DNA of 64,000 bases from a bacterium (GTDB taxonomy: Bacteria > Bacillota > Clostridia > Oscillospirales > CAG-272). The stretch covers positions 471-64,470 of the forward strand of contig CAVGEY010000013.1 of the NCBI GenBank assembly GCA_963628435.1, in the 5' to 3' direction. How positions within the stretch are numbered: position 1 is the stretch's first letter; each line of letters begins with the position of its first letter. The translations under genes and the position numbers were made by a program. Below the pieces are notes generated by a model. It was not told where the DNA came from and made no database searches. It worked only from the letters and a program-made list of their open reading frames with translations. Below are positions 1 to 8,802 of the stretch, piece by piece.

Positions 1-1175
1 ACGGTCCGGTCACACTTTCGGAGGGTGATTTGTTTGATTTTACAGCCGATGACGTGGTCGGTGATAACACTCGTGTTTCGGTTTCATATAAAAATATTGC
101 AAGTCAGATGTTTCCGGGTGATAAAATTCTGCTGAATAACGGACTTATGACATTCGAAGTTTTGTCGGTTGAAGGAAATACCGTTCATACAAGATGTCTT
201 AACAGCGGAAAGCTTTCCGATCATAAGAGTATGTTCTTTCCCGATAAAGAGCTTAAACTTGAATATCTTTCCGAACAGGATAAGAAGGATATACTCTTCG
301 GCATCGAAAACGGTGTTGACTTCATTGCCTGCTCGTTTGTTTCAAAGGCGCAGGATCTCATTGATGTCCGTGATTTTCTTCGTGAGCACGGCGATCCCGA
401 TATCGACCTTATAGCTAAAATCGAAAATCGAGCCGGTGTCAATAATCTTCGGGAAATTATGGCAAATTGCAACGGTGTAATGATAGGCCGCGGCGATATG
501 GGAGTCGAAATTCCTTTTGAGGAGCTTCCCGCGATACAAAAACATATTATTTCCGAATGTCGTATAAACGGAGTCCGTGTAATAACCGCAACCGAAATGC
601 TCGAATCGATGATTAACAATCCGAGACCTACGCGTGCTGAAATTTCGGATGTTGCGAATGCCGTATATGACGGCTCATCTGCCATTATGCTTTCGGGAGA
701 GACTGCCGCAGGCAAGTATCCGGTCGGAGTTATTGCCGCAATGAGCAGGATTGCGCTTGAAGCAGAGCAGCATGTATGCTATATCGGAAATATCAGAGAT
801 GACGAATTCAAGATCAGCTCAGTCGGCGAATCGCTTTCACATTCCGCATGTGACCTTGCAAAAGGGGTAAAAGCATCTGCAATAGTCGTCTGTACATTAA
901 CCGGCAGAACCGCGAGAATGGTGTCGAGATTCCGCCCTCAGGCTCCTATAATTGCTATGACCACAAGTCAAACCGCCTTTCGTAAGCTGTCGCTTTCCTG
1001 GGGCGTAATACCCGTTATGGCAGAAGTGTTTGCCTCAACCGATGTGCTCTTCTATTTTGCCAAGAGTAAAGCAAAGGAAATCCTCGGACTTCAGCACGGT
1101 CAGAGAATTGTGATCACAGGCGGCGCCGCAAACGATAAAAACGGAACGAGTCTTATAAAAGTCGAAGAAATATAA
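1..1175 (+). CDS. pyk: Pyruvate kinase, C-terminal ~390 aa (5' end cut by window edge)
   Basis: The reading frame is open to position 3. Motifs NGVDFIACSFV, MIGRGDMGVEIP, ITATEMLESM and AIMLSGETAAGKYP are typical of the pyruvate kinase barrel plus C-terminal domain. Confidence 0.9.
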   Translation, partial: GPVTLSEGDLFDFTADDVVGDNTRVSVSYKNIASQMFPGDKILLNNGLMTFEVLSVEGNTVHTRCLNSGKLSDHKSMFFPDKELKLEYLSEQDKKDILFGIENGVDFIACSFVSKAQDLIDVRDFLREHGDPDIDLIAKIENRAGVNNLREIMANCNGVMIGRGDMGVEIPFEELPAIQKHIISECRINGVRVITATEMLESMINNPRPTRAEISDVANAVYDGSSAIMLSGETAAGKYPVGVIAAMSRIALEAEQHVCYIGNIRDDEFKISSVGESLSHSACDLAKGVKASAIVVCTLTGRTARMVSRFRPQAPIIAMTTSQTAFRKLSLSWGVIPVMAEVFASTDVLFYFAKSKAKEILGLQHGQRIVITGGAANDKNGTSLIKVEEI

Positions 1176-1204
1176 TAAATTAAAATAAAGTAGGAGAGCA
1201 GATT

Positions 1205-4200
1205 ATGTGCGGTAAATCTACGAACTTCGGCAGCGGAAAACTGAAAAGAATGTCTTTCGCGAGCCTTCCTCTCGGCAGTATACAGCCGACCGGATGGCTT
1301 TCCGATCAGCTTTCACTGCAAAGGCACGGAATATTTGAAGATATGGAGAAATATCCCGGATACGGAGATGACAGCGGATGGCTCGGCGGAGATGGGGAAA
1401 GCTGGGAAGACGGACCCTACTATTTTCGCGGTCTCATACCGATTGCCTATGTGACCGGCGATCAAAGTCTTATTTCCCGTTCGGAAACCATTGTCAGCCG
1501 TATACTTGACTCACAGACAGAGGACGGAATGTTCGGCCCGCAATCGAATGATGATTGGTGGCCGCGTATGCCTGTTCTCATGATGCTTCGCGATTATTAC
1601 GAGGCGACAGAGTACCGCGGAAATCCGGACAGCCGCATTATGCCTTTTATGGATAAATATTTCAGATTTCAGCTGAAAACTCTCCCGAACCGTCCATTAA
1701 CATCATGGGCTCAGGCACGCGGCGGAGATAATATCGACAGCGTATTCTGGTATTATGACCGTGTTTATGATGAGAAGAATCCCGAAGCTTCCGAATGGCT
1801 GCTTACTCTTGCCGAAATTCTTCATTCGCAGACCGAAGATTGGACGCAGGTAATGAACAATTCCACTGTCAGATATCATGTCGTTAACACGAGCCAGGCT
1901 ATGAAAACACCTTCGCTCTGGTATCGTAAAACGGGTGCGGATGAAGACCGCAACGCACTCGGAAACGGTATAAAAAACATTTCAATAGATCACGGCAGAA
2001 TTGATGAACTTCCGAATTCGGACGAGGCGGCGCGCGATAATATGTCATATCGCGGCAGCGAACTCTGCGGAATAGTCGAAGGTATGCTTTCCACCGAAAT
2101 AGCACTTCGCATACTCGGCGACCATTGGCTGTGCGACAGACTTGAAAAACTCGCATATAATGCACTGCCGGCCGCCTATGCTCCCGATTATCGCGGCCAC
2201 GTCTATTTCATTCTTCAAAACCAAATTCTTGCAACAAACGGATGGCACGAATTTGACTGCGATCACGGCGACAGCTCTTCGTTTGCCGCACCGTGCGGAT
2301 TTGACTGCTGCTTCGCAAATAACCATATGGGCTGGGCTAAATTCATCGGATCAATGTGGATGGCAGACTCGCACGGCGATTTGGCCGTTGCGGCATACGG
2401 CCCCTCGACCGTAAATTATACTCTGCTGAACGGTGAAAAAATCAGCATAGAGGAAAAAACCGATTATCCTTTCGGCGATAGCATAAACTTTACCTATCAC
2501 GGCCCCGAAACTCTCTTTTCACTGAAACTTCCGATACCGTCATGGTGTAAAAACGCCTCGATTTCGGTTAACGGAGAAAAGAGCGATATAATTCCCACAG
2601 ACGGATTCTGCACCGTAAGCCGTAAGTTTTCAGATAACGATGTTGTCTGTCTTACGCTTCCGATGGAAATAGAATTCTCGGATTGGTATAACCGGTCTGT
2701 TGCGGTTGAGCGCGGTCCGCTCGTTTACTCGCTTAAAATCGGGGAGCAGTGGCGTGAATATGATGATAATGGCACCCGCGAGCTTAAAGTTGCGAATTTC
2801 GGAAAATCGCTGAAAAGGGAAGTTTTCCCCAAAACCCGTTGGAATTATGGGCTTATTCCCGATAAATCTCTCATCAGAATTGAAAACAGACCGATAAGGA
2901 GACAGCCGTTTGAATCGGAAAGCGCACCCGTAGTGCTGCATGCCAAAGGTCAGATGATATCCGAATGGAAACTTGACGGCAATCATGCGGGCAATCAGCC
3001 GATAGGCGGTGTGCCGCGTCAGACGGGTGCGGAATGTGATATAGAACTTGTTCCTTACGGCGCAGCAAGATTAAAAGTTACTCATTTTCCGCGTATCGAC
3101 GATAGTGTAAATTATGTTTACGATAATCCGAAAATATGCAGAAATGACGGAAATGACTATACGAACTTTTCGAATGTGATTCTGCCGCCCGCAGACGATT
3201 GGGACCTTATAATAAATTCTTCTCGCGATGCCGACAGACATGTGCTGATCAACAGAAGCGAGACTCTGTCGAACGGCGGCAGGGTCTGCGGACTGAAATC
3301 GCTCTCCGAATTCTGCAGAGTCGGAATGTACAATGAAATTTCGATTTCAGGCGATGATATAAGATCGATTGAGATTGTACCCGTTAACCCCATGAATGAA
3401 ATCAAATTGCTTTCGATTTCTGCCAAAGAAAATTCATTTACGGCAACCGTAAATACCGACAGAAGTAATTTCGCTTATGAAATCGACTACGGAACCGATA
3501 AGAAGTCTCTTACCAATCATATACGCGGATTCCGAACGAATATCGCGCATGTAACCGGGCTTGTACCGAATACGGAATACTTTTTCAGACTGTCTACGCT
3601 TATTTCGGGCGTGCGAAAATACAGCGAAATTTACTCGGTGAAAACGCTCGAAGAAAAAGGAACAGATGAAAAGACAGACGAAAAAGAATATAATAAAATA
3701 ATCGAACTGTCCGATTTTGATATTTACGGAGACAGCCACCTGATTTACTGCGATAAAGGATTTATCGGCGCATCGGCCTCTCCGAATATTAAGGCGCTTC
3801 TGCATACCGAGTGCGGTTGGACCGATTTTGCGGCCGAAGCGACTCTCTGCATACGACAGCTGAGCGGTAATGCGGGTATAATATTCCGTGTAAATGAAGC
3901 GGACAGCGGCCCGGATAATTATCGCGGCTATTATTTCGGAATAGGGAACGGCTGCGCTCTTGTCGGATCTGCGGATAAGGGATGGCATCCCATGTACTCC
4001 TGCGAACTTGATATCAAGGCGGATAAGGCGTATAACCTGTCTGTGCACGCTTGCGGTAACAAAATTATCTGCTATGTCGATAATGTTGCGGTTTTCAAAA
4101 TATACGATAACCGCCACTCACGCGGCAGCGTGGGATTCCGCGCATATCTCGAACCGTTTGCGGCGTCCAATCTTACGGTAAGACCGCTTACTCAAAATGA

Positions 4201-4540
4201 AATTGACGAAATAGATCGGATAGATGAGCCGAAATACGGCCCGTTCGAAATCTCGGCAGAAACCGCATTCGAAACGATTCAGGTACGCTATCCGAAGCGT
4301 ATGGATGCACAGTTCTACCGTATAGATTACGGAACGGTTCCCGGCTTTTACCCTAATGCGGTTACCGATATAATGTTCAATCCGTATAAGGGCTCGTCTT
4401 GCTTTACCCACGATAAAACGGCATTTACATTTACCGGCACAACCTGCTATCTTAAAATGAGCGCATGGTGCGGTGACCGAATGATAGCATGTTCGGATGA
4501 GCTTGCGGTAAAATGCAAATCGGAGGATAACTCGGACTGA
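1205..4540 (+). CDS. Large multidomain glycoside hydrolase, GH127/GH146-like (DUF1680) core with FN3-like and LamG/DUF1080-like C-terminal modules
   Basis: 1111-aa ORF with RBS GGAGAG upstream. The N-terminus reads LPLGSIQPTGWL. E286-L-C288 is followed by MLSTEIALRILGD...LEKLAYNAL, and C368-C369 sits in FDCCFANNHMGW; this resembles the Glu/Cys and Cys-Cys zinc/nucleophile motifs of GH127. An FN3-like segment (YEIDYGTD...TEYFFRL) and a jelly-roll segment (GIIFRV...YYFGI...GSVGFRAY) follow. No signal peptide is visible. Confidence 0.7.
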   Translation: MCGKSTNFGSGKLKRMSFASLPLGSIQPTGWLSDQLSLQRHGIFEDMEKYPGYGDDSGWLGGDGESWEDGPYYFRGLIPIAYVTGDQSLISRSETIVSRILDSQTEDGMFGPQSNDDWWPRMPVLMMLRDYYEATEYRGNPDSRIMPFMDKYFRFQLKTLPNRPLTSWAQARGGDNIDSVFWYYDRVYDEKNPEASEWLLTLAEILHSQTEDWTQVMNNSTVRYHVVNTSQAMKTPSLWYRKTGADEDRNALGNGIKNISIDHGRIDELPNSDEAARDNMSYRGSELCGIVEGMLSTEIALRILGDHWLCDRLEKLAYNALPAAYAPDYRGHVYFILQNQILATNGWHEFDCDHGDSSSFAAPCGFDCCFANNHMGWAKFIGSMWMADSHGDLAVAAYGPSTVNYTLLNGEKISIEEKTDYPFGDSINFTYHGPETLFSLKLPIPSWCKNASISVNGEKSDIIPTDGFCTVSRKFSDNDVVCLTLPMEIEFSDWYNRSVAVERGPLVYSLKIGEQWREYDDNGTRELKVANFGKSLKREVFPKTRWNYGLIPDKSLIRIENRPIRRQPFESESAPVVLHAKGQMISEWKLDGNHAGNQPIGGVPRQTGAECDIELVPYGAARLKVTHFPRIDDSVNYVYDNPKICRNDGNDYTNFSNVILPPADDWDLIINSSRDADRHVLINRSETLSNGGRVCGLKSLSEFCRVGMYNEISISGDDIRSIEIVPVNPMNEIKLLSISAKENSFTATVNTDRSNFAYEIDYGTDKKSLTNHIRGFRTNIAHVTGLVPNTEYFFRLSTLISGVRKYSEIYSVKTLEEKGTDEKTDEKEYNKIIELSDFDIYGDSHLIYCDKGFIGASASPNIKALLHTECGWTDFAAEATLCIRQLSGNAGIIFRVNEADSGPDNYRGYYFGIGNGCALVGSADKGWHPMYSCELDIKADKAYNLSVHACGNKIICYVDNVAVFKIYDNRHSRGSVGFRAYLEPFAASNLTVRPLTQNEIDEIDRIDEPKYGPFEISAETAFETIQVRYPKRMDAQFYRIDYGTVPGFYPNAVTDIMFNPYKGSSCFTHDKTAFTFTGTTCYLKMSAWCGDRMIACSDELAVKCKSEDNSD

Positions 4541-4542
4541 TT

Positions 4543-5296
4543 ATGAAAAATCGAATTTGCAGAGCGATATTATTTGTATTGACGCTTGTGACGATCATAG
4601 GGTATCTTGCGATTACCCCGATATCCGCCGATGAGCTGTTTACGGCGGTAAAACCGCATATCGTGTGGCAACCGAATCGTATGCTTTTCATGCCTCGCAG
4701 CAGTCATTTTACAGTCTGTCATGGAAAGCCGTTCAGCCGGGCGGAAAATACGATAACAGCCGCTTCGGACTTGCATATTCGACGGTTGGCACCGACTTTG
4801 TCGATATGTTTTACGGAACACCCGTGTGGAACGGAAAAAGCATTGCGGCAAAATATGTTCCTGTTACAACGACGTGCATAACATCGGAAAAAGCCAAAAC
4901 CGAGCCACCGCAAACGACTTCCTTGCCGCAAACCGAATCATCGATAATAACAGAGACAACCGTTCCCGTAACAACCACGGTCCCGATAACCGAGACTTTG
5001 ACAACCGAAAATCCTGCGACGAGCTTGGCTCCTTCTGCTACCGAATTGCCGACATCCGAGCCTTTCGTAACATCGATTCCGATTACATCGGCGGCAGTCC
5101 CGACCGAAACCTCCGCAGTGCAAACCGCAAAGCCGTCAACAACACCGTTGACAACCACGCAGGCGGGTAATGAAAGCGGTGGGAAAAATACCAAATCGGC
5201 AGGCCGACAGTCACAGTATGTCTGCTTGCCGCCGCGCTGATTGTATCATCCTCCGTGATTATCGGTGTATTTATCAAAAGGAGAAAAATCAAATAA
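4543..5296 (+). pseudogene. Frameshifted gene for a secreted, C-terminally membrane-anchored Thr/Pro-rich protein
   Basis: The signal peptide is in frame 1 (4543 onward). The globular and T/P-rich body is in frame 3 (from after TGA 4632-4634 to stop 5238-5240). The TM anchor plus KRRKIK tail is in frame 2 and ends at TAA 5294-5296. Adding one nt at the T3 run (4639-4641) and one at the A5 run (5184-5188) restores a single ORF of about 250 aa. Confidence 0.65.
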
Positions 5297-6201
5297 TGTA
5301 TTTTACAAACGAAAGACTTGACAGGCACGCCAAAGATCCCGCAGTGATTCATTTCAATGGTAAATATTATCTTTATTATACCGTCAGATATAAAGATCAG
5401 AATAAAATCGGGGTCGGCATTGCTTCGTCGGATGATCTTGAAAATTGGACAGACCTCGGTGAACTTCCCATAACCGAAGAGTGTGAAAAGGTGGGGATAG
5501 GCGCCCCCGCCGCCATTGTAATCGGGAACAGACTTCACCTTTTTTATCAGACATACGGTGATTTCAGAACAAACGCAATATGTCACGCATGGTCGGATAA
5601 CGGAATCGATTTTGAAAAAGATGAAACCAACCCCGTTTTCCGCCCGACACCCGATTGGTGCTGCGGCAGAGCGATAGATGCCGATCTCTGCCTGTTCAAC
5701 GGCAGGATTTATATGTACTTTGCGACAAGAGATCACGCCATGCGAATTCAGAAAATCGGCGGAGCGACCGCTTCAATCGATTCGGACTTTTCGGCGGGAA
5801 GCTGGACTCAGATATCGAATCAGTCGCTGCTGATTCCCGAACTCGTATGGGAGGGAGATTGCATCGAGGCACCCGCAACCATTGTAAATGACGGTCGACT
5901 GTTTATGTTTTACGGCGGAGCATATAACTGTAAACCTCAGCAGATCGGAGTTGCCGCATCGGACGATGGGATCTTCTTCAAAAGAGTTTATAATGAGCCG
6001 TTCGTGAAATGCGGTAAAGAGGGAAGTTGGAATTCAAGCGAATCGGGACATCCGTATGTTTTCCGCGATGATGACGGGAAGGTGTATCTTTTCTATCAGG
6101 GATCGTCGGATATGGGTAAAACATGGTACATAACAAAATGTATTGTCGGTTTTGATAAAAACAATCTTCCTTATGTCGAAAAATACGATATAGAACCGTA
6201 A
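5296..6201 (+). CDS. Five-bladed beta-propeller glycoside hydrolase (GH43/GH130-like)
   Basis: ATG 5296 is preceded by AAAGGAGAAAA and overlaps the upstream TAA as TAATG. Blade-like repeats are DPAVIHFNGKYYLYYT, APAAIVIGNRLHLFYQ, DADLCLFNGRIYMYFA, EAPATIVNDGRLFMFY and GHPYVFRDDDGKVYLFYQ. The ORF-track start at 5170 is an out-of-context extension. Confidence 0.6.
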   Translation: MYFTNERLDRHAKDPAVIHFNGKYYLYYTVRYKDQNKIGVGIASSDDLENWTDLGELPITEECEKVGIGAPAAIVIGNRLHLFYQTYGDFRTNAICHAWSDNGIDFEKDETNPVFRPTPDWCCGRAIDADLCLFNGRIYMYFATRDHAMRIQKIGGATASIDSDFSAGSWTQISNQSLLIPELVWEGDCIEAPATIVNDGRLFMFYGGAYNCKPQQIGVAASDDGIFFKRVYNEPFVKCGKEGSWNSSESGHPYVFRDDDGKVYLFYQGSSDMGKTWYITKCIVGFDKNNLPYVEKYDIEP

Positions 6202-6206
6202 AAAAA

Positions 6207-6240
6207 GGCGGCGATCTTTCGATCGCCGCCGTATTTGTTT
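6207..6240. terminator. Bidirectional rho-independent terminator between convergent GH genes
   Basis: GGCGGCGATC-TTTC-GATCGCCGCC forms a 10-bp perfect stem. It is flanked by an A-run upstream and TATTTGTTTT downstream. Confidence 0.85.
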
Positions 6241-7119
6241 TCAGTCAAGAGGATAGTCGTGCTCTTCAAGGTCGGGCTTGTCGCAAGCGAGAACCGTTTT
6301 GCCGTTCTTCTCTTCAAAACGGATATTTCCGATTGAAAGTCTGCGCGGATGAATTACTCCCGGTTTGTAGTGTGTGTGATAAATGATGAACATGCGTGAG
6401 CCGTCGGGTGAGAATGTAATGCAGTGATGTCCCGCACCGCTGACTGTAACTCCGTCGCCGACGAGTATCGGATTGTCCTCGTATTTGGCAAAATCGCCGA
6501 GCGGGGAATCGGATGTGGCATAACATACGCAGTAGAAAGGCGACTCATAGTGGCAACCCGAATATGTCAGGTAGTATATGCCGTCTTTTTTCAGCATGTA
6601 CGGCGCTTCGCAGACTCCCGCAAAATGCCGCTCATACTCAAATTCGTTAACGATAAGCAGCTTTTCGGTGGAAAGATCGGGAGTGATACGGTCGGGCATC
6701 ATCTTGCATCCGTATATGCCGTACTGATGTCCCTCGCGCCAGGATACATAATAAATATACATATCATCTCCGTCAAAGAAGATGTGACCGTCAATTGATC
6801 TGTCGAACATAAATCCGTTCTGAGGGATAAACGGTCCCATAGGTGAATCGGAAATCGCAAGTCCCAGATGCTCGCAGGTAGTAACAAGCATATAAAATTT
6901 GCCGTCTTTCTTTTTGATGTCGGGAGCCCAGTAAGCACTGCTGTATCCCCACGCGTCTTTAAGAACCTCGCCTGTCATTTCCCAGTTGATGAGATCGGCG
7001 GAGCGATATACCGCATATCCGTTGTTTATCGACGTTCCGTAGAGCCAGTAGTAGCCGTCATGATAAATGACATCGGGATCGCATACATTGTCGAGAATAG
7101 GATTTTTGAATTTTCTCAT
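6241..7119 (-). CDS. GH43 family glycoside hydrolase (arabinofuranosidase/xylosidase-like)
   Basis: The N-terminus NPILDNVCDPDVIYHDGYYWLYGT, plus YWAPDIKKKDGKFYM, EAPYMLKKDGIYYLTYS and HHCITFSPDG, fit the GH43 propeller pattern. Confidence 0.8.
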   Translation of the reverse strand: MRKFKNPILDNVCDPDVIYHDGYYWLYGTSINNGYAVYRSADLINWEMTGEVLKDAWGYSSAYWAPDIKKKDGKFYMLVTTCEHLGLAISDSPMGPFIPQNGFMFDRSIDGHIFFDGDDMYIYYVSWREGHQYGIYGCKMMPDRITPDLSTEKLLIVNEFEYERHFAGVCEAPYMLKKDGIYYLTYSGCHYESPFYCVCYATSDSPLGDFAKYEDNPILVGDGVTVSGAGHHCITFSPDGSRMFIIYHTHYKPGVIHPRRLSIGNIRFEEKNGKTVLACDKPDLEEHDYPLD

Positions 7120-7151
7120 TTTCTTTTCTCCTTTGATTTTGTCTGTATATT

Positions 7152-8669
7152 TTAATTAAAATGATGGCTGTATATTTCACCGACCGCGTCCGATATGGCG
7201 GAAATCGTGTCCGACGCAATCATGCTTACCGGATTTTTTCGATGTTCGGCGATTTCTCCCGCACGTCCGGCAATCCACGCACCGCATGCGGCGGTCAGCG
7301 GCAGAGAAGCATGAGAATATCCGAGCAGCGATGTTATTATTCCCGATAAAACATCACCCGATCCTGCGGTCGCCATTCCCGCACAACCTCTGTCGACAAG
7401 ATAGACAGTCTCGCCGTCGGTGATAACCGTCGTGGGACCTTTTAACAGCAGGGTGACATTGTATTCGCCCGCAAATTTTTTCGCGTACCCTATCGGATCG
7501 GTAAGAGTTTCATTGACGGGTACGCCCGAAAGACGCTCGAATTCTTTAAGATGCGGAGTCAAAACCGTGTTTCCCGCGTTTTTTTTCAGAATATCGGTAC
7601 CGACAGAACATAGAGCGTTAAGCCCGTCGGCATCGATAAGAATCGGAATTTTGTAATTTTCGAGAATGTATTCGAGAATTTCGCCGTTGTGCTCGCCTCT
7701 GCCCCAGCCCATGCCGATGCCGACCGCCGCAGCCTTTGTAAGTGCGCGGTCTATTCCGTCCCTGTCAGATAGCATACTGCCGCGTACATCGTCGATTGTT
7801 GTTATCGTTGCCTCAAGCAGACATGGCGCTGTAAGTGAAACGGCGGAACGCGGAATTGCCGCTCTGCATACCCCGCAGCCCGAACGCATGGCAGCGGCGG
7901 CATTTTCGGCGAGTTTTACCGCGCCGGTATAATCGATTGATCCTCCGAGAAGGGTAATATATCCGAAATCGCCCTTGTTGCAAAGATTCTTTCGCTCGAA
8001 AATAACATCGGTAAAATCTTCACTGCCGCAGAGATATGAGGGCTTTCCGATAATCGGAATGCCGATGTCGAGATTTTTTATTTTTCCGATTGCATCTTTG
8101 CCGCAGCCGAGAAACAGTCCGCTTTTCAGAGTCCCTATTGAAAAGGTAAAATCGGAGATAATATGTTCACCGCCGAGACCGTTGTCACCCGAAATTCCGC
8201 TCGGAATATCGACCGAAAGAACTTTCGCACCCTTTTTTTTCGCAGTGTTTACCGCTCTGATTATATCAAGACCGACTCCCGATGCCTCACCGTGAAAACC
8301 CGTGCCGAAAAGACAGTCTACGATCAAATCGTATCCGTCAAATGATACGCCGTCGTCAAAATCTGTGCAGACAATCTCCGCGTTGCGGCATTTTTCAAGA
8401 TAAAGCGAATTTTCGCCTGTGACAAAACAGCCCGATGTTGTGACATCACAAATTAGGTCTGCCGATTTGAGAAGAAGCGCAAGCGCGAGACCGTCGGCTC
8501 CGTTGTTTCCTTTTCCGCATATTATGACAATCTTTCGATAGGATGAAAAATCAAAGGCATCGAATACCGATTTTGCCGCGCGTGAAACAAGTTCCTCCGA
8601 ACTCGTCCCCGATGAAATCAGAGCGGCATCCGACTGCCGCATCATTTTTGCGGAAATAACCTCTTTCAT
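7152..8669 (-). CDS. nnr: Bifunctional NAD(P)H-hydrate repair enzyme (epimerase + ADP-dependent dehydratase)
   Basis: A YjeF_N-type N-terminal half (VIICGKGNNGADG) is joined to a carbohydrate-kinase-like C-terminal half (GPTTVITDG, AGSGDVLSG). The start is set at MKEV (8669), which has an upstream AGGTGA. Confidence 0.85.
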   Translation of the reverse strand: MKEVISAKMMRQSDAALISSGTSSEELVSRAAKSVFDAFDFSSYRKIVIICGKGNNGADGLALALLLKSADLICDVTTSGCFVTGENSLYLEKCRNAEIVCTDFDDGVSFDGYDLIVDCLFGTGFHGEASGVGLDIIRAVNTAKKKGAKVLSVDIPSGISGDNGLGGEHIISDFTFSIGTLKSGLFLGCGKDAIGKIKNLDIGIPIIGKPSYLCGSEDFTDVIFERKNLCNKGDFGYITLLGGSIDYTGAVKLAENAAAAMRSGCGVCRAAIPRSAVSLTAPCLLEATITTIDDVRGSMLSDRDGIDRALTKAAAVGIGMGWGRGEHNGEILEYILENYKIPILIDADGLNALCSVGTDILKKNAGNTVLTPHLKEFERLSGVPVNETLTDPIGYAKKFAGEYNVTLLLKGPTTVITDGETVYLVDRGCAGMATAGSGDVLSGIITSLLGYSHASLPLTAACGAWIAGRAGEIAEHRKNPVSMIASDTISAISDAVGEIYSHHFN

Positions 8670-8802
8670 TGACTTGTCACCTGTCTTTCGGATTCTTTCG
8701 CTTTTGTGTATATAATACAATTAAACAGTCGATATGTCAAGTGCATTTGACCGTCAATTCAAAAAAATAGAGTAATTGACAAACAGTAAAAAGAGGTATA
8801 TA

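Noticed and set aside
4900-5160. Repetitive-looking Thr/Pro-rich stretch considered as a tandem DNA repeat or CRISPR-like array
   Set aside because: There is no regular repeat-spacer periodicity at DNA level. It is a low-complexity coding linker (ACC/ACA/CCG-rich codons).
4626-5215. Programmed -1 ribosomal frameshifting as the explanation for the two frame changes
   Set aside because: No X-XXY-YYZ slippery heptamer or downstream stimulatory structure is visible at either junction. Two successive programmed shifts in a 250-aa surface protein would be unprecedented. Indels in homopolymers are the simpler explanation.
5170-5295. N-terminal extension of the beta-propeller GH ORF (ORF-track start 5170)
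   Set aside because: The extension overlaps the TM-anchor coding frame of the upstream gene and has no RBS. ATG 5296 has AAAGGAGAAAA upstream and the TAATG coupling.
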